Assembly: GCF_964194155.1 (NCBI RefSeq)
Contig: NC_135898.1
Coordinates: 60,760,001-60,824,000 of the forward strand
Direction of reading: 5' to 3'
Origin: Cetorhinus maximus
Lineage: Eukaryota
Length of the DNA: 64,000 bases
A program made the position numbers and the translations under genes. Under the pieces are notes generated by a model. It searched no databases. It was given only the letters and a program-made list of their open reading frames with translations, and was not told the origin of the DNA. This document shows, piece by piece, positions 13,166 to 24,977 of the stretch (positions are counted from its first letter, which is position 1; each line of letters begins with the position of its first letter).

Positions 13166-13484
13166 GACCTGCCTGTAAAGAGCAGTGGTGGTGGGAGATA
13201 TAAACCAGCAGTACAGAGGGTGGCCCAGCACACGGAGAGCGGACTTGTGTGAGAAACGCAGCGGCGGCGGGAGATAAAAACCGGCACTAGAGACTTCAAC
13301 CTGTTTCTACTTGTTAGAGCCAAAGTGTGCCATCACAGGTGATAGGTGATTGGTGGGTATCTCTTCCGTGCCTCTTTTGACTGGCCAAGTGGTTTACTTC
13401 AGGAGACATTATTACTGAAGCTGAAGAGTAGAATTAAGAAATTCGCTTTTAAAATATTTAACACCCAAATGGCCTGTTGCATTT

Positions 13485-13592
13485 TCTGGCACAACAGTAG
13501 TGTCTACTCTTCAAAAGTAATTCATTCTGAAGTTTCTTAGGACATATTGAGGACATGAGAGATGCTATAGAAATACAAGCTTTTTCTTCTTT
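13485..13592 (+). mobile_element. Degenerate Deu-type SINE 3' tail
   Basis: acaacagtagtgtctactcttcaaaagtaattcatt…gatgctatagaaatacaag resembles the reverse complement of 62770-62865. Confidence 0.55.
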
Positions 13593-13788
13593 CTAATGGA
13601 AATAATTAAAATCAAGAGCCCCCATCCTGAGAATGTCATTAGCAAAGAGGAACATAACAGTTAGGAAGTATGGAGCTGGATAAATGTAGGGTTTAGAATC
13701 TGTTCTGAGCTGTAAAGCAGAGAGTCACTACTAGATGATTTCTGTCACCTCCTGGAGGCCAGCTATAGAGAGTATTATTGACAGCTGA

Positions 13789-14919
13789 GTGCTGGATTTT
13801 GATTACCAAGGCGAGCAGCTCGAGTCAGGAAATTTCCTGACTCACTGGATCCACTTCGGTAAAAAGTACCCCGAAACACACGATTTTCTCTCTGGGGCGT
13901 AGGTGGCAGATACAGGATAGAGTCAGGCCCACCTACCCCAGAAGCAGAGCACAGGGGTGGGTGAGTGCAGAGCAGGCTGCTTAGAAGGCCCACCTTGGTT
14001 CTCTGGAGCTTTGCCCCGGTTGTTTTAGAAGTTATTAGGCCCTCCAGCCCTCATCCTTCACACCCCCTCAACCCCCCACCCACCCCCCCATGGTCCCTCA
14101 TACCCTCCATGCTACCTCCATAACCACTGAACCAGTATTCACCATGAGCAGATCTCAGGAGCCATGTGGGGACGAAAACATTTTTTTTCCAACAATCTAA
14201 TACAGCTCTCACTTCTACACACTTGATTGTGAAAAAACTCCCATTCATAAAACCCATTCAAAGCTTGTAAACCTGCTCAAATGGTTAATCACTTCTAAAA
14301 ACAACCAAACCTCTATTCAGACCCCACATTAAAGACAGCTAACCTTTTAATAGATGCTTTAAACTGTCAATCAAGCGATGAACTCAGAATGCCCTGCTGA
14401 GATAATTGTAGCTTTTGAAACACAGCCAATCATTCATAATGACATAATTATGGCCATTTGGGGAAATGTCAACAAAGAGCTCTATTGAAACTGCACCACC
14501 CAATACTAATTTTTTTCTAATCTACGCCTGCCAATCAAAGCAGTCCAGCAGAGGGTTTCTTTGAACTCTCACTAACAGCTGCAACCTATTTTTTTAAACT
14601 TTAAAGTGTAGGGCATTTAAAAACTATAGATCATGACAATCATACAGATCTTATCGGCCCTGCAAGAGCATTTATGTCTACTCCATTAATTTGTGATGCT
14701 CACACTGCGGGCAACAGCCAAAATGGGGTATGATTGAACTCAGCACTGAGTTCAAATGGCCATGTTGAGTTGGGATTTCCCTCCTGTCTGAGTCACGACC
14801 CGCTCGTTCCCCGACCTGCAAAAATTGGATGTCAGAAATGGGGCGAGAGTTCCACATCCTGGTCCCACCTGCAATTCTTAAAGGTCCACTGAGTCGGGAA
14901 GACTCTGAATATCTGACCT
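13789..14919. mobile_element. Old non-autonomous Harbinger-type element
   Basis: Decayed TIRs GTGCTGGATTTT / AATATCTGACCT with matching TGA TSD (13786-13788, 14920-14922). C-rich CCCCATGGTCCCTCATA tract shared with 17305-18616 and 53249-54833. Confidence 0.7.
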
Positions 14920-15317
14920 TGAGAGTAGAATGAGAGCCATACCTCTTATGTTTCAGACATTAGACCAGATGCATGAAAATTGGAAAAAGAATCAGGTATG
15001 GTGTAAACAGGGCTGTTGACTCATTATCAGCCTATTTGACATTATTGGAAATTTCACCTTCCCCATTTTGATTCTGAAAATGACATTTTAATTTATTCTC
15101 ATAGAGCTGCAGTAATTTTAAAATTTCTAGCCCGTTTTGTTTAAAGTCAAAGTATTATAACAAAATAAATTTAATAAAGCCCTATTAACAATAGTTTCAG
15201 TTCCATTTTCAACAGGGGAGGCTGCCATAAAAAATGATTGATACTCATCCAGCATAACCAAAAAAGCCATGATAGTAAACATTTTTATATGATGATGATG
15301 GGGCTGGATTTTATAGT

Positions 15318-15678
15318 AAGATAAAAGCAAAAAAACTGCGGATACTGGAAATCCAAAACAAAAATAAAAATACCTGGAAAAACTCAGCAGGTCTGACAGC
15401 ATCTGCGGAGAGGAATACAGTTAACGTTTCGAGTCCGTATGACTCTTCAACAGAACTAAGGAAAAATAGAAAAGAGGTGAAATATAAGCTGGTTTAAGGG
15501 GGGAGGGGGGGTGGGACAGGTAGAGTCCTGGTACCTGTCCCACCCCGCCTTAAACCAGCTTATATTTCACCTCTTTTCTATTTTTACTTAGTTCTGTTGA
15601 AGAGTCATACGGACTCTAAACGTTAACTGTGTTCCTCTCCGCAGATGCTGAGTTTTTCCAGGTACTTTTCTTTTTGTT
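15318..15678. mobile_element. Penelope-like element end in inverted (palindromic pLTR) configuration
   Basis: Arms about 15360-15522 and 15532-15678 are reverse complements around a 9-nt spacer. A 14-bp direct repeat CTGGATTTTATAGT flanks it (15304-15317, 15679-15692). Each arm carries a hammerhead-like motif. Confidence 0.75.
15419..15457 (-). ncRNA. Minimal type-I hammerhead-ribozyme-like motif (variant core CUGUUGA)
   Basis: Minus strand: AGUU-CUGUUGA-A-GAGUC-AUACG-GACUC-GAAA-CG-UU-AACU (helix I AGUU/AACU, helix II GAGUC/GACUC). A second copy at 15590-15628 (+) has GAAA changed to TAAA. Confidence 0.6.
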
Positions 15679-17304
15679 CTGGATTTTATAGTCCCCTGCT
15701 GAGCATGTTTTCAGTGGAGGGCACATAAAATATGTCAGGTGCTCAGCCCATCTCCTTCCTGCACACCTTGACCGGTTCTCCATAATATGGGAGGGATGGG
15801 TAAAGCCGCCCACTTTTAGGCCTATTGAAGCCTTTAACTGCCCAATTAAGTGGCAATTAAGGGCCTCAATCTGCCTCATTGCCATAAAACGCTGGGCAGT
15901 GGCAGGCGGGCGTGAGTGAGAAGGCCAATTTTGAAAGAGTTCTTTGAAAATATGGAAAGGAAAGGGGGGGTGGGGGGCTCATCCATGGGGATTGCCCTGT
16001 GCACATTGAGGACCCCCCCCCTCAAAGATGTCACACCCCCCACAACTTTGTTTCACCCCGCCTGGCCTCGGAAACCTGGCCCTCCACCCACCCTCTACCC
16101 CCTCCTTACACTCTCCGGTCCCTCCCTGCCCTAAAAGTCTGGGATTTACTTGTCTCTGGTTACCATGATCTTCATCCCCAGGGCCTCCCTGCAGTCCCAG
16201 TAGCGCCCACTACTGAGTTCTGGCACTGCTGGACCGCAGATTAGCCAGCAGCTCTCGAGGGCTTGGTTTGCTCCCACTGAGGGGCGGAAGTCTGACCCTT
16301 AAACTGATTAGCCCACCCGCAGCGTGTTATTGCTACAGGGCAGGCTTTTTAAAACTCAGTCTGCTTGGGACTGACTTTTCTTCTGTAGGGGCGAACAGTC
16401 CCACTCTCCCCCACCCCCTGTAAAATCCAGTCCATTGAATTAGATACTGAAGCCCTGGACAAATAACATAACGTAAAAAGTGATAATGTGAATCATTGCA
16501 CCAAATGATGAAGATGGTATGGAATTTATCATTATTCATAAGGGGTCTATGTATTATGTTTATTTATGCTTTTATAAAAATAATATAAAACTGTTAAACT
16601 CATGGAAAATGAACCTGTCAGGTCAATGAGAACTGCCGGGACAGAGAGATTAACAGGAAACTGCTCCTTAGCCGCCACAATTGATGACCTAGTTGTGGAA
16701 ATCAGGAACATATTTTCATGGTCCACTAATCACATTTGTGTGCAAACAATTTGATTGTTTTGTATTGAGAATGGTCAAAATCTGCAGAAAGTACCTTGGC
16801 TCACAGACATTGGTAAGTGATGTTAATGGAAAACAATGTTTTTTTTAATTCTTGAAGATATCTCAGTCTTGTGTACAAGTTTCACTCTCACTTGGACAAA
16901 TCACAGCACCATTCCTACTCAGTCAGCTCTCCATTCATATGAATTAGAATTTATATATATTTTGCTGTATGACATTTTTAAATTCCTATCAAACATGTAC
17001 AGAAAGCAGTCTTTTGAACCTGATAGACATTTTTCATATTTTATTTTAACTTTAATTTTACATATGGGCTTTCGGGCAAAGGTTAAAGGAATAAACAGGA
17101 CCACTAGTTTATAATGACTAAATGCTTGAAATTCTGTTTTTATTGCATGGGATTCTAAGACTTTAATCAGGTTTTTGTGGACACATTCTTTGGTTCTACC
17201 CATTCTTTCTGTGAAAATCACTAACCAATTGCCATGCTGAAGAACTGAGTGAAATTGATGGAAGTCATACAACTATATAATTGTATAATATTTTAGGATA
17301 TATT

Positions 17305-18616
17305 GGCCTGGATTTTTGCCAAGGCGGGAGTCCTTTAAAAATGGTGGGCGGTCCTATTTCCAGGATTTCTGACCCCATTCCCAGGCTGTACGATTTTCAG
17401 CAGTGCCTTATAAGGGTGTGAGCTAGTTCAGGTCACAAGGCTGCACCCGGCACTCTCGACCTGGCCGGATCAATTGTGGGGATAGGCATATCCTACTCCT
17501 CCTCAATTTTCATGGAGTCAGGCCAGGTTTTTCAAGAGTTGTAGTTCAGAGGAGTCGTGAACTCTAGTCTGTATGAGGGACCTTTTAAAAGGTAAGTTCA
17601 AAAGGTCTTCCTCATGGCCCCACCCACACCAATGGCCCCTCATGCCCCCTATGCCAGTCTCTGCCCTTCCACCCACCCCCTCATGGTCCCTCATGCCAAA
17701 TTATGTCCCTCAACCCACCCCCAGGGCACCTCATGCACCCTATGCCAAGCTATGACAGTTCCATGCTCTTTGGCCCACTATATAAGGTATAGAATCAATG
17801 AACCCTATTGCGATAATAGGATGTGTGAAAAAAACCTTTAAAAAGCAATCATTCATTCATTGCTTTCTACCATGTTAAAAAAAGTCCTTTCACTACATCC
17901 CAACTAAAGTGTGAATCACTCAGCCCCTAAAGTATCAATAACAGAAACTGCAAACACTTGAGACCTTGTGTAAATAAACATTGTGCAATTGACAGCAGAG
18001 ACCAGAGTGCCAGAGCTGTTAATCAATGTTTTCTCTGAGGCTCAACAGAGTAATGGGTGTCTGGATTTTCAGCCAAGAATGACTTTTTTAAAGCAAATTT
18101 TATACATCCTATTTGTCACTACAGGTTTCATTGGTTCTATACACTGTATAGTGGACCAACGGGCATATAAGTGCCAATTCTTGGCATGGGGGCTCGAGGG
18201 ACCATGAGGGGTAGGTTGGGAGCTATAGTTTTGCATAGGGGGCATGAGGGGCCATGGGTGGGGGGGGTGGGTGGGGGGCATGGCCTGATATGGGAGGCAT
18301 GAGGTGGCATTGATGGGGATAGGGAATATGTGAGGGGTGAAGGGGTGTGAGGGGTGAGGGCAGGGGAGCCTTTCTACTTTTAACTGGGATGATGTTCCAC
18401 AGTACCAAGGCGGGCCTTTTAAACAGCCCATCTCAGCACCCGGCAGCCCCTATGGCTGCCTCCAACCATTTCCCGGGTCGGCTGGCCCAACTGCAGCTGC
18501 ACCCAAACCCAACAACGAAGGTCCTGCCTTAGCAGGCAGTTTCTCCTGAGGTGGGAGGGCCGAATCGGGAATTTTCCCGACTCCCACTACCGCCTTGGTG
18601 ATGAAAATCCCAGGCC
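17305..18616. mobile_element. Non-autonomous Harbinger-type element with long internal inverted arms
   Basis: TIRs GGCCTGGATTTT / AAAATCCCAGGCC with an exact ATT TSD. 17570-17860 is an imperfect reverse complement of 18075-18425. Confidence 0.85.
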
Positions 18617-20040
18617 ATTCTAACTACTTGATGATGGCTGGTTGCTTGTTTATTAGTTCAGATATGGAAGGCTTCTAATGTTTATTAAACTATGGGATTA
18701 TTCCATGATCACTTAGAAAAGGATACAAAAGAGTTTGAAAATACTCTGTATGTTTTGAGAATGGCCTAACAAGAGCAGTGTATATTTTACAGTGGTCTGT
18801 GTGCAGTCTTTTGTGTTGACAACTGCACATTTGACAGTCGGCAGTTACGATGAACTGTTTTGTGCTACTTAATTTCTGCATGACCCCAGGGCTATGGGTG
18901 CAGTTAGCTCTTCCTGCAATTAGTATTCATGGTTACCTAAGCAGAACTAATGCAGCAAATCTCTTTCACTTTGAGTTTTGCATTTCAAGATTTGATGCCT
19001 TTAGGACAATTTGACTTTGCAGACAGGATCTTGGCATTTTCACTTTGCTTCTTCACAGGTTATAAATATTTACTTTGAAGATTAAAGCCTTAAATTAATG
19101 TTTGTGTTTAATATGGAAATCATTGTAACTTTAGAAAAGCTACAGTAGCCTATTAACAATTTAGGATTATACACACTATTTTATACCTCTTAGTAACTGA
19201 TGCTATTCCAATGGAATGTCAATATACTTCACTTTTGTCATGTACATAATAGCTTCACAAGAAAAGATTCATTTTTAATTCAAGATTTGGGATCTGAACA
19301 GCACAAATAACAGTTTAATATTTTAAAATTTTATTTATCATTTTCGGATGCCTGTTGCATGTGCAAGGAGGTAAGATTAGAATTCAGATAGTAAGCTGTT
19401 CCTCAATGGTTTAGCAAGTTTTTTCAGTGAATAACTGAAGCATTATGACCAGACTGAGATTACCTGATTTCAGCCAGTTGATTAGACAGTTGGATTGCAT
19501 TTAAGAGTCCAAAAAACACCCTAAGTAAACAAACAGACTTTGGAGCTACTATCTCAACAGATGTCTTGACTGAAAACATAAAAGCAATGGGAAAAGATTA
19601 AACATTTACACATTATTATCATACTAGGCTACTCTTTCAATAGTGTGAAATGTACCCCACCTTTTTATCCATTACCTGAACTTTTTTTTAACTCAGCTGA
19701 AGACTTTTCCATACTTACGATGATGTTTTACTTGACGGCTTGCCAGTTGGCAGAAGTAACAATCTAGCAAACACATTGGGCAGGTTTTTTCATATACCGG
19801 ACGGGCTCGGTGGGAGCGGGCGTGGAGCCGATCTCTGCCCGCGATTGGCTGCGCACCGCCATTTTATGTAGCCGGGGCAATTAAGGCCAGCCCAGCATAA
19901 ATCGCGGCTCCTGAGATCAGTGGGAAGGGGCAGGCGGTGGCGGGAGGCCAATGTCTGCCGTGTCCAGTGGTGACCCAGGGGCCTATTCAAAAATGGCGCA
20001 GGCAGCCTCCCTAAGGCTGTTACTGATTTCGGTCGGGAGC

Positions 20041-22224
20041 ATGATGGAGGGTGTCCTCGGAGAGCAGGCCAGGCGTGAAGGCAGGTTAGCAGGGCAGTCG
20101 GCACCGAGGTTCTCCGATGAGTGCCTCGCTGCCCTCCTCCAGCAGGTGGCAGCATGCCGCGAGATCCTGGTACCAAGGGATGGGAGGAGGAGGCCCCCCA
20201 CCTAACAAAATGTCCCTGGGAGGAGGTGGTAGTACAGGTCAACTCCCACGATGTGGTGAGATGCACCTGGGGGCAGCACTGCAAGCAGTTTAATGACCTC
20301 CTTTGATCGGGAAGGGTGAGTATCGTGTTGGCATGGGTCACTTAGCATAGCAGTTAGGTTGACCCCACCCGGCCACCACCACCAACTGCCACCACCCCAC
20401 TCCTCCTCCCACAACCTCAGAATTTTGTTCTTGTATTCATTCATTCGTGGAATGTGGGCTTCGCTGGCTGGGCCAACATTTATTGCCCATCCTTTGTTGT
20501 CCGTGAGAAGGTGGTGGTGAGCTGCCTTCTTGAACTGCTACAGTCCATGTGGTGTAGGTACACCCACAGTGCTGTTAGGGGGCGAGTTCCAGGATTTGGA
20601 CCCAGCGACAGTGAAGGGACGGCGAAACATTTCCAAGTCAGGGTGCTGAGTGACTTGGAAGGGACCTTTCAGTTGGTGGTGTTCCCATCTAACTGCTGCC
20701 CTTTTAGGTGGTAGTGTTCGTGGGTTTGGAAGTTCTTAGAGTGTGAGTGGAAAATGTCATGGAGGCAACATCTGGGCAAGGGGGTCAGCCCTGACTGCTT
20801 GGAATGAGTGTATGGCAGCTCCAGTGTCATGAATCGGATGAGCCCTGCAAGGTGTTCCTCAGGTGGGGTTGGCCAGGCTGCAATGGCACTGCAGGTACAG
20901 GGCGGGCTAATCAATGCTCCTCTCTCCTTTCAGGAGAAGACAGCCCACAATAACGCTGAGCGGTTGCGGACTGGCGGAGGGCAGCCCCACCTTCTCACCA
21001 TCACCAGATATGAGCAGGAGGCAGTGGAGCTGGGGAGGCGCCATGCACCCAGGTCAACTGGCTGCCATGATGTTGGGGCGCCACAGGGAGGTAAGAGTGC
21101 CGTGCAGTGGGATCACAATGTCTGTCAGTGCAAACATTCCACTATTGGCTGTGTATTGATTTCAGCATCCAACATGGGATCCCCATTGATAATCTGATCC
21201 AGGTGCCAGGCATGCACACTAACAGCGTAGCAACTCCAACTAATCAAATGTCCTTGTTCTTCCTTTCAGCCTCACCAGAGCATGCCCGGACTCGGGGGCT
21301 GAGGGACCGCTGCTGACCCCTGAGGGTACATTGACGCACCAGCGTCACACCATCTCAGCCAGGCAGGCACCAGCACAGATACCAGCACCTCGGTGGGAAT
21401 AAGATCATCGGCTAGAATCCTGGTGCACAGCAGTGAGGGCACTTCACACTCGCTTGAGGTGCAGACAGAGGCAGAGAATGCCCTGGGCGCCGGCAGTCAG
21501 AGGACTGCTGGGGACTAGGAACATGCTCAGTCAGTGGCTGATGATGTGTCTCTGGAGTTGTCCCTGAGGCAGCAGATGCTGCAAGTCCAGCAGGGTGTGT
21601 GGGAGGATCTGCCGGAGATACATGAGAGAATGCGTGCCATGGTCTCTGTGATGGAGGAGTCCATGCGGAACATTAGCAATGCAATGACCCTCATGGCCGA
21701 GCGCAATGCCTCCTCAATGGAGAGTGTGGCGACTCTCATGGAGAGGCTGCTCCAGGAGAACAATCAGGGCTTCCTAGGAATGCGCTCGGACCTGCAAGCC
21801 CTCACAGCGGCAATGACCTCAGGTGGTCACTGTCAGTGTGGGAGATGGATTGGGCATCCCAGCTAGGTGCCCATCCATCAATGGTGAGCAGGGAGATCCA
21901 AAGCGACATCACATTGGCACACGAGCTGCCTGTTGTCTCTGTGGGCTCCTCTCAGGCCACTCCAGATGGCAGCAGCAGCTCCTCCACCCCTCTGCCAGTG
22001 ACCGTGGCATCTGATGAGGCTGCAGCGACTGGGGAGATACCAGCCGTGCCACTGGCCGCTCCTTCCCAGGTGGGGCCAGCACAGGCTCCACGGGCCAGAG
22101 GATGCCCGCCAAAGTCATCAAGGCCAACAGGTCAGCAGAGTGAGCAGGCTGTCTCCAATGCCGGTGCCAGCGAGGGGGGAGCACCTAGACATAGCACCGC
22201 AAGCGTAAACGTAAAGCACCTTAG
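20041..22224 (+). pseudogene. Harbinger Myb/SANT-like DNA-binding gene, 3 exons (20041-20315, 20934-21090, 21270-22224)
   Basis: Myb/SANT-like segment APRFSDECLAALLQQV…WEEVVVQVNSHDVVRCTWGQHCKQFNDLL. Exon 2 EKTAHNNAERLRTGGGQP. Canonical GT-AG sites (GTGAGT 20316, TTTCAG 20933, GTAAGA 21091, TTTCAG 21269). Basic RKRKRKAP* end. Frameshifts present. Confidence 0.85.
20430..20732 (-). mobile_element. LINE 3' fragment inserted in intron 1 of the Myb gene
   Basis: Reverse complement of the LINE 3' end; same family as 4067-4341. Confidence 0.88.
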
Positions 22225-22547
22225 GCACAACATGGGCTTATTACTGGTGGTTTTCTTTTGCCCCATTTTTAAGTTATATTTAAGTAGGTGTGCTGTTCAA
22301 CACGTTTTAATGTACTTTGATTTCTGTATGCCAAGTTGCAAATCATTAAATGTTTTGGTTCTCAACAAGCCCCTGGGTGCTTCATTAGTTCTGCAGGTGA
22401 AGGGGAACCCATGATATTGTGAGTGACTTGTTTGTCATTGAGCTTTATTGTCAAGGCACATAGTTGCTAACCAAGCAAATGTTGCTCTCAGATATTGAGT
22501 ATTGTGCCTGCAGCCCTGGCATGTGTTGCTGGTTCACCTTTGGTAGG

Positions 22548-23663
22548 CTAGCTGAAGGAGCATTGGACCAAAGCCTCGCGGGTGTCCCTGCCTCCCAGGA
22601 GGTTGCCCAGGTCAGCGTCTATCCCCTCAGCATTCTCCAGAGCGTGCTCGCCCTTGGACTCACTATTGGACTCAGCGTGTGCTGCCAGTGCAGCTGCGTC
22701 TACATCTTCTTCCTTCACTGCATCCCCTCTTTCCAGCGCCAGATTGTGGAGAGTGCAGCATGTAACCACATGGCTCCTATTATACCACTGCTTGGCCTCT
22801 GTTCTTGGATGGCGGAGGGACGTCATGAGCCTTTTGAGGGGATAGCCCTTGTCACCCAGCAGCCATCCATCCAGCCAGGCTGGAGCACTGAAGATCCTTG
22901 GCATCTGGAAGCGTCTGAGGATGTATGCGTCATGGGAGCTGCCTGGGTACCTTGCACAGACTTCCAGAATCTGCGTCCTATTGTCACACACTATCTGCAT
23001 GTTCATGGAATGGAAGCCCTTTCTGTTGACGAAGGCACCGGGCTCACCTGCTGGCACCTTTATGGCCATGTGTGCAGTCTATGGCACTCTGGACGTGGGG
23101 GAAGCCAGCAATCGCTGCAAAACCCCTGACTCGCTCTGCCTGGCTGGCCTCATCCAAGCAGCAGTGAATGAAAGTCAATGCATGCCTGAACAGAACTTCT
23201 GTCACCAGCTTGACACAACTGTGGACAGCTGATTGGGAGACTCCACAAAGATCACCAACTGACCCCTGGAAAGAGCCGGAGGCATAGAAGTTGAGGGCCA
23301 CCATGACCTTCAGCACCACTGGAATGGGCTGTCCACCCACACAGTTGGAGCTGATCTCAGGGCTGATCATCTGACAGATGGAGGTCACTGTCTAATTTGA
23401 GAGGTGGAGCCTCCTTCAGCACTACACCTCAGACATATTGAAGTAGCTGCATTGCCGCCTGTAAACCCTGGCAGCAGAATAGTGTGTCTTCTGTGGCCCC
23501 TTCTGCCTTGGACTTCCTGTTGGCCCTGTGCCCTTTGTGCCTGCATCTGTCCTCCCACAGGTCACTCCCCCGGAGGCTGAATATGGACTCCTGGCCTCCT
23601 CCCCCTTCTGGCCCTCTCTTCATCCTCAGAGGAGGCGCTTCCAGCAGAGACCACAATCCCCAT
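22548..23663 (-). pseudogene. Harbinger DDE transposase pseudogene (family A)
   Basis: ALNFYASGSFQ, GDLCGVSQSAV, QSAIDCTH, NRKGFHSMNMQIVCD, YPGSSHDAYIL, LLGDKGYPL, CTLHNL. The segment with the catalytic Glu (between YNRSHV and VTCCTLHN) is deleted; frameshifted. Confidence 0.92.
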
Positions 23664-24977
23664 TCCCAGGGTAAGGGAAGACTGTCTGATACCGGAAAGG
23701 CCCCAAGTTTTATGATTCCTCCAGAGTCCTGAACTGAAGCCTGTTATTTCTGTCAAAGCAGCTCTGAAATGAAATGAAGTTGTCCTGATCACACAAGCAA
23801 GTAGCAGTAAGTAATAAACTAAAGTTCTAACAATTCGCATTAGCAAGCCCACTCACCCCTCTTATCCCGGCCCTGGATGAGGTTTTTAAAAATGTGGCCT
23901 ACCCGCCTGCCCCTTGTGCCCGTGCGACACCCTGAAAATCCCACGGGCTGTGAAAAATTATATTCAATTGCTGCCTCAAGGGCCTTAACAGGCCCGTTAA
24001 TTAGTGGCGGGGGCGCCTTGGAACTCATAGCACCCGCCTTCCGAAATATCGCGTTATTTTACCCATCGGCGTGTCAGACCCGCCCCCGCACGCCAACTGA
24101 AAAATTCTGCCCATTTTTTTCAAGTAGTTAAATCTTCCAATCACAGCACTGCCATGACTCACCATAATCAACACAGATACAACTCATGCTACAGTATTTC
24201 ATGATAAACTGTAAAGGAGGCAAAACCATTTTAGTTACCTTTTAAACTCTTCCTGCCTCTAATCCAATTAACCCCATATCTACAGGTTAAGGAGGGGACA
24301 ATAGGACAGGGTTCCTCCTTATTATAAACCAGTGACTGCTACTGTAGATGTGCATATGTGTGTGGACAATGGGTGAGAACAGTATTGGATTTGTTTGTGA
24401 TTTTTTGCCCCACTGCACCAAAGTCAAATGGCCTGTTGACTTTCACTGTCAGGGCTCAAACATGGAAGATCACTTGGGCTAGATTCAGGACAGCAGCAAG
24501 GGACTCATTTTATCCCAGCAAAGTGTAAATGTGTTCAGAAAAGGTGAGGAGGGTTGAAAAATTGATGAGGAAAATAAAACTATTTAGACAAAAGAGTAAT
24601 GTGTCACTGAAATCTTTCCAGTTCAAAATGCATAATCATAAAGAAACTTTCAGGAAAAGAAACTGTTCTCTAGATAACATCAGGAATGGAAATCCTGGCT
24701 GATTTTCCTCCTACCCATTTCAGTTAAAAGTTAATTGTACCAACAGCAATGAGATTGAGAAATTCATGTCAGGGATTGCACTTTGTCCCTTCCTGGGTTA
24801 GATGACTTAGTATTCATCATGTCTTTCATTTGCACAAACTTATCATTGCTGGCATCCTCAATGACTGAGATAGGGGTCAAGATTTTTAAGTGGGAGGTGG
24901 AAATCAAGAGAAAGGACTAATCACATGTCCCATTCCCACCTTCTTCTCCATTGGGGGAATGGGATTTTCCAGGAGTG

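Larger units (their letters stand above)
15301..16433. mobile_element. Harbinger-type MITE, interrupted inside its left TIR by a Penelope-like insertion
   Basis: TIRs GGGCTGGATTTTA / TAAAATCCAGTCC; flanks ATG and ATT. Body (15693-16433) similar to 49817-50536. Confidence 0.8.
19778..24112. mobile_element. Full-length, decayed PIF/Harbinger transposon, family A
   Basis: TIRs GGGCAGGTTTTTT / AAAAATTCTGCCC with an exact ATT TSD (19775-19777, 24113-24115). Convergent Myb-like (+) and transposase (-) genes. Confidence 0.93.
19480..24268. repeat. Fragment of an older interspersed repeat (19480-19777 plus 24113-24268) split by the family A Harbinger
   Basis: Both halves align by eye with 30062-30230 and 31897-32156 (AAGTAAACAAACAGACTT; TCTTCCAATCACAGCA…ACACAGATACAACTCA). 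Confidence 0.75.

Noticed and set aside
12210-13323. Long minus-strand ORFs (322, 326 and 176 aa)
   Set aside because: Translations of a stop-poor minisatellite strand; overlapping frames and low complexity.
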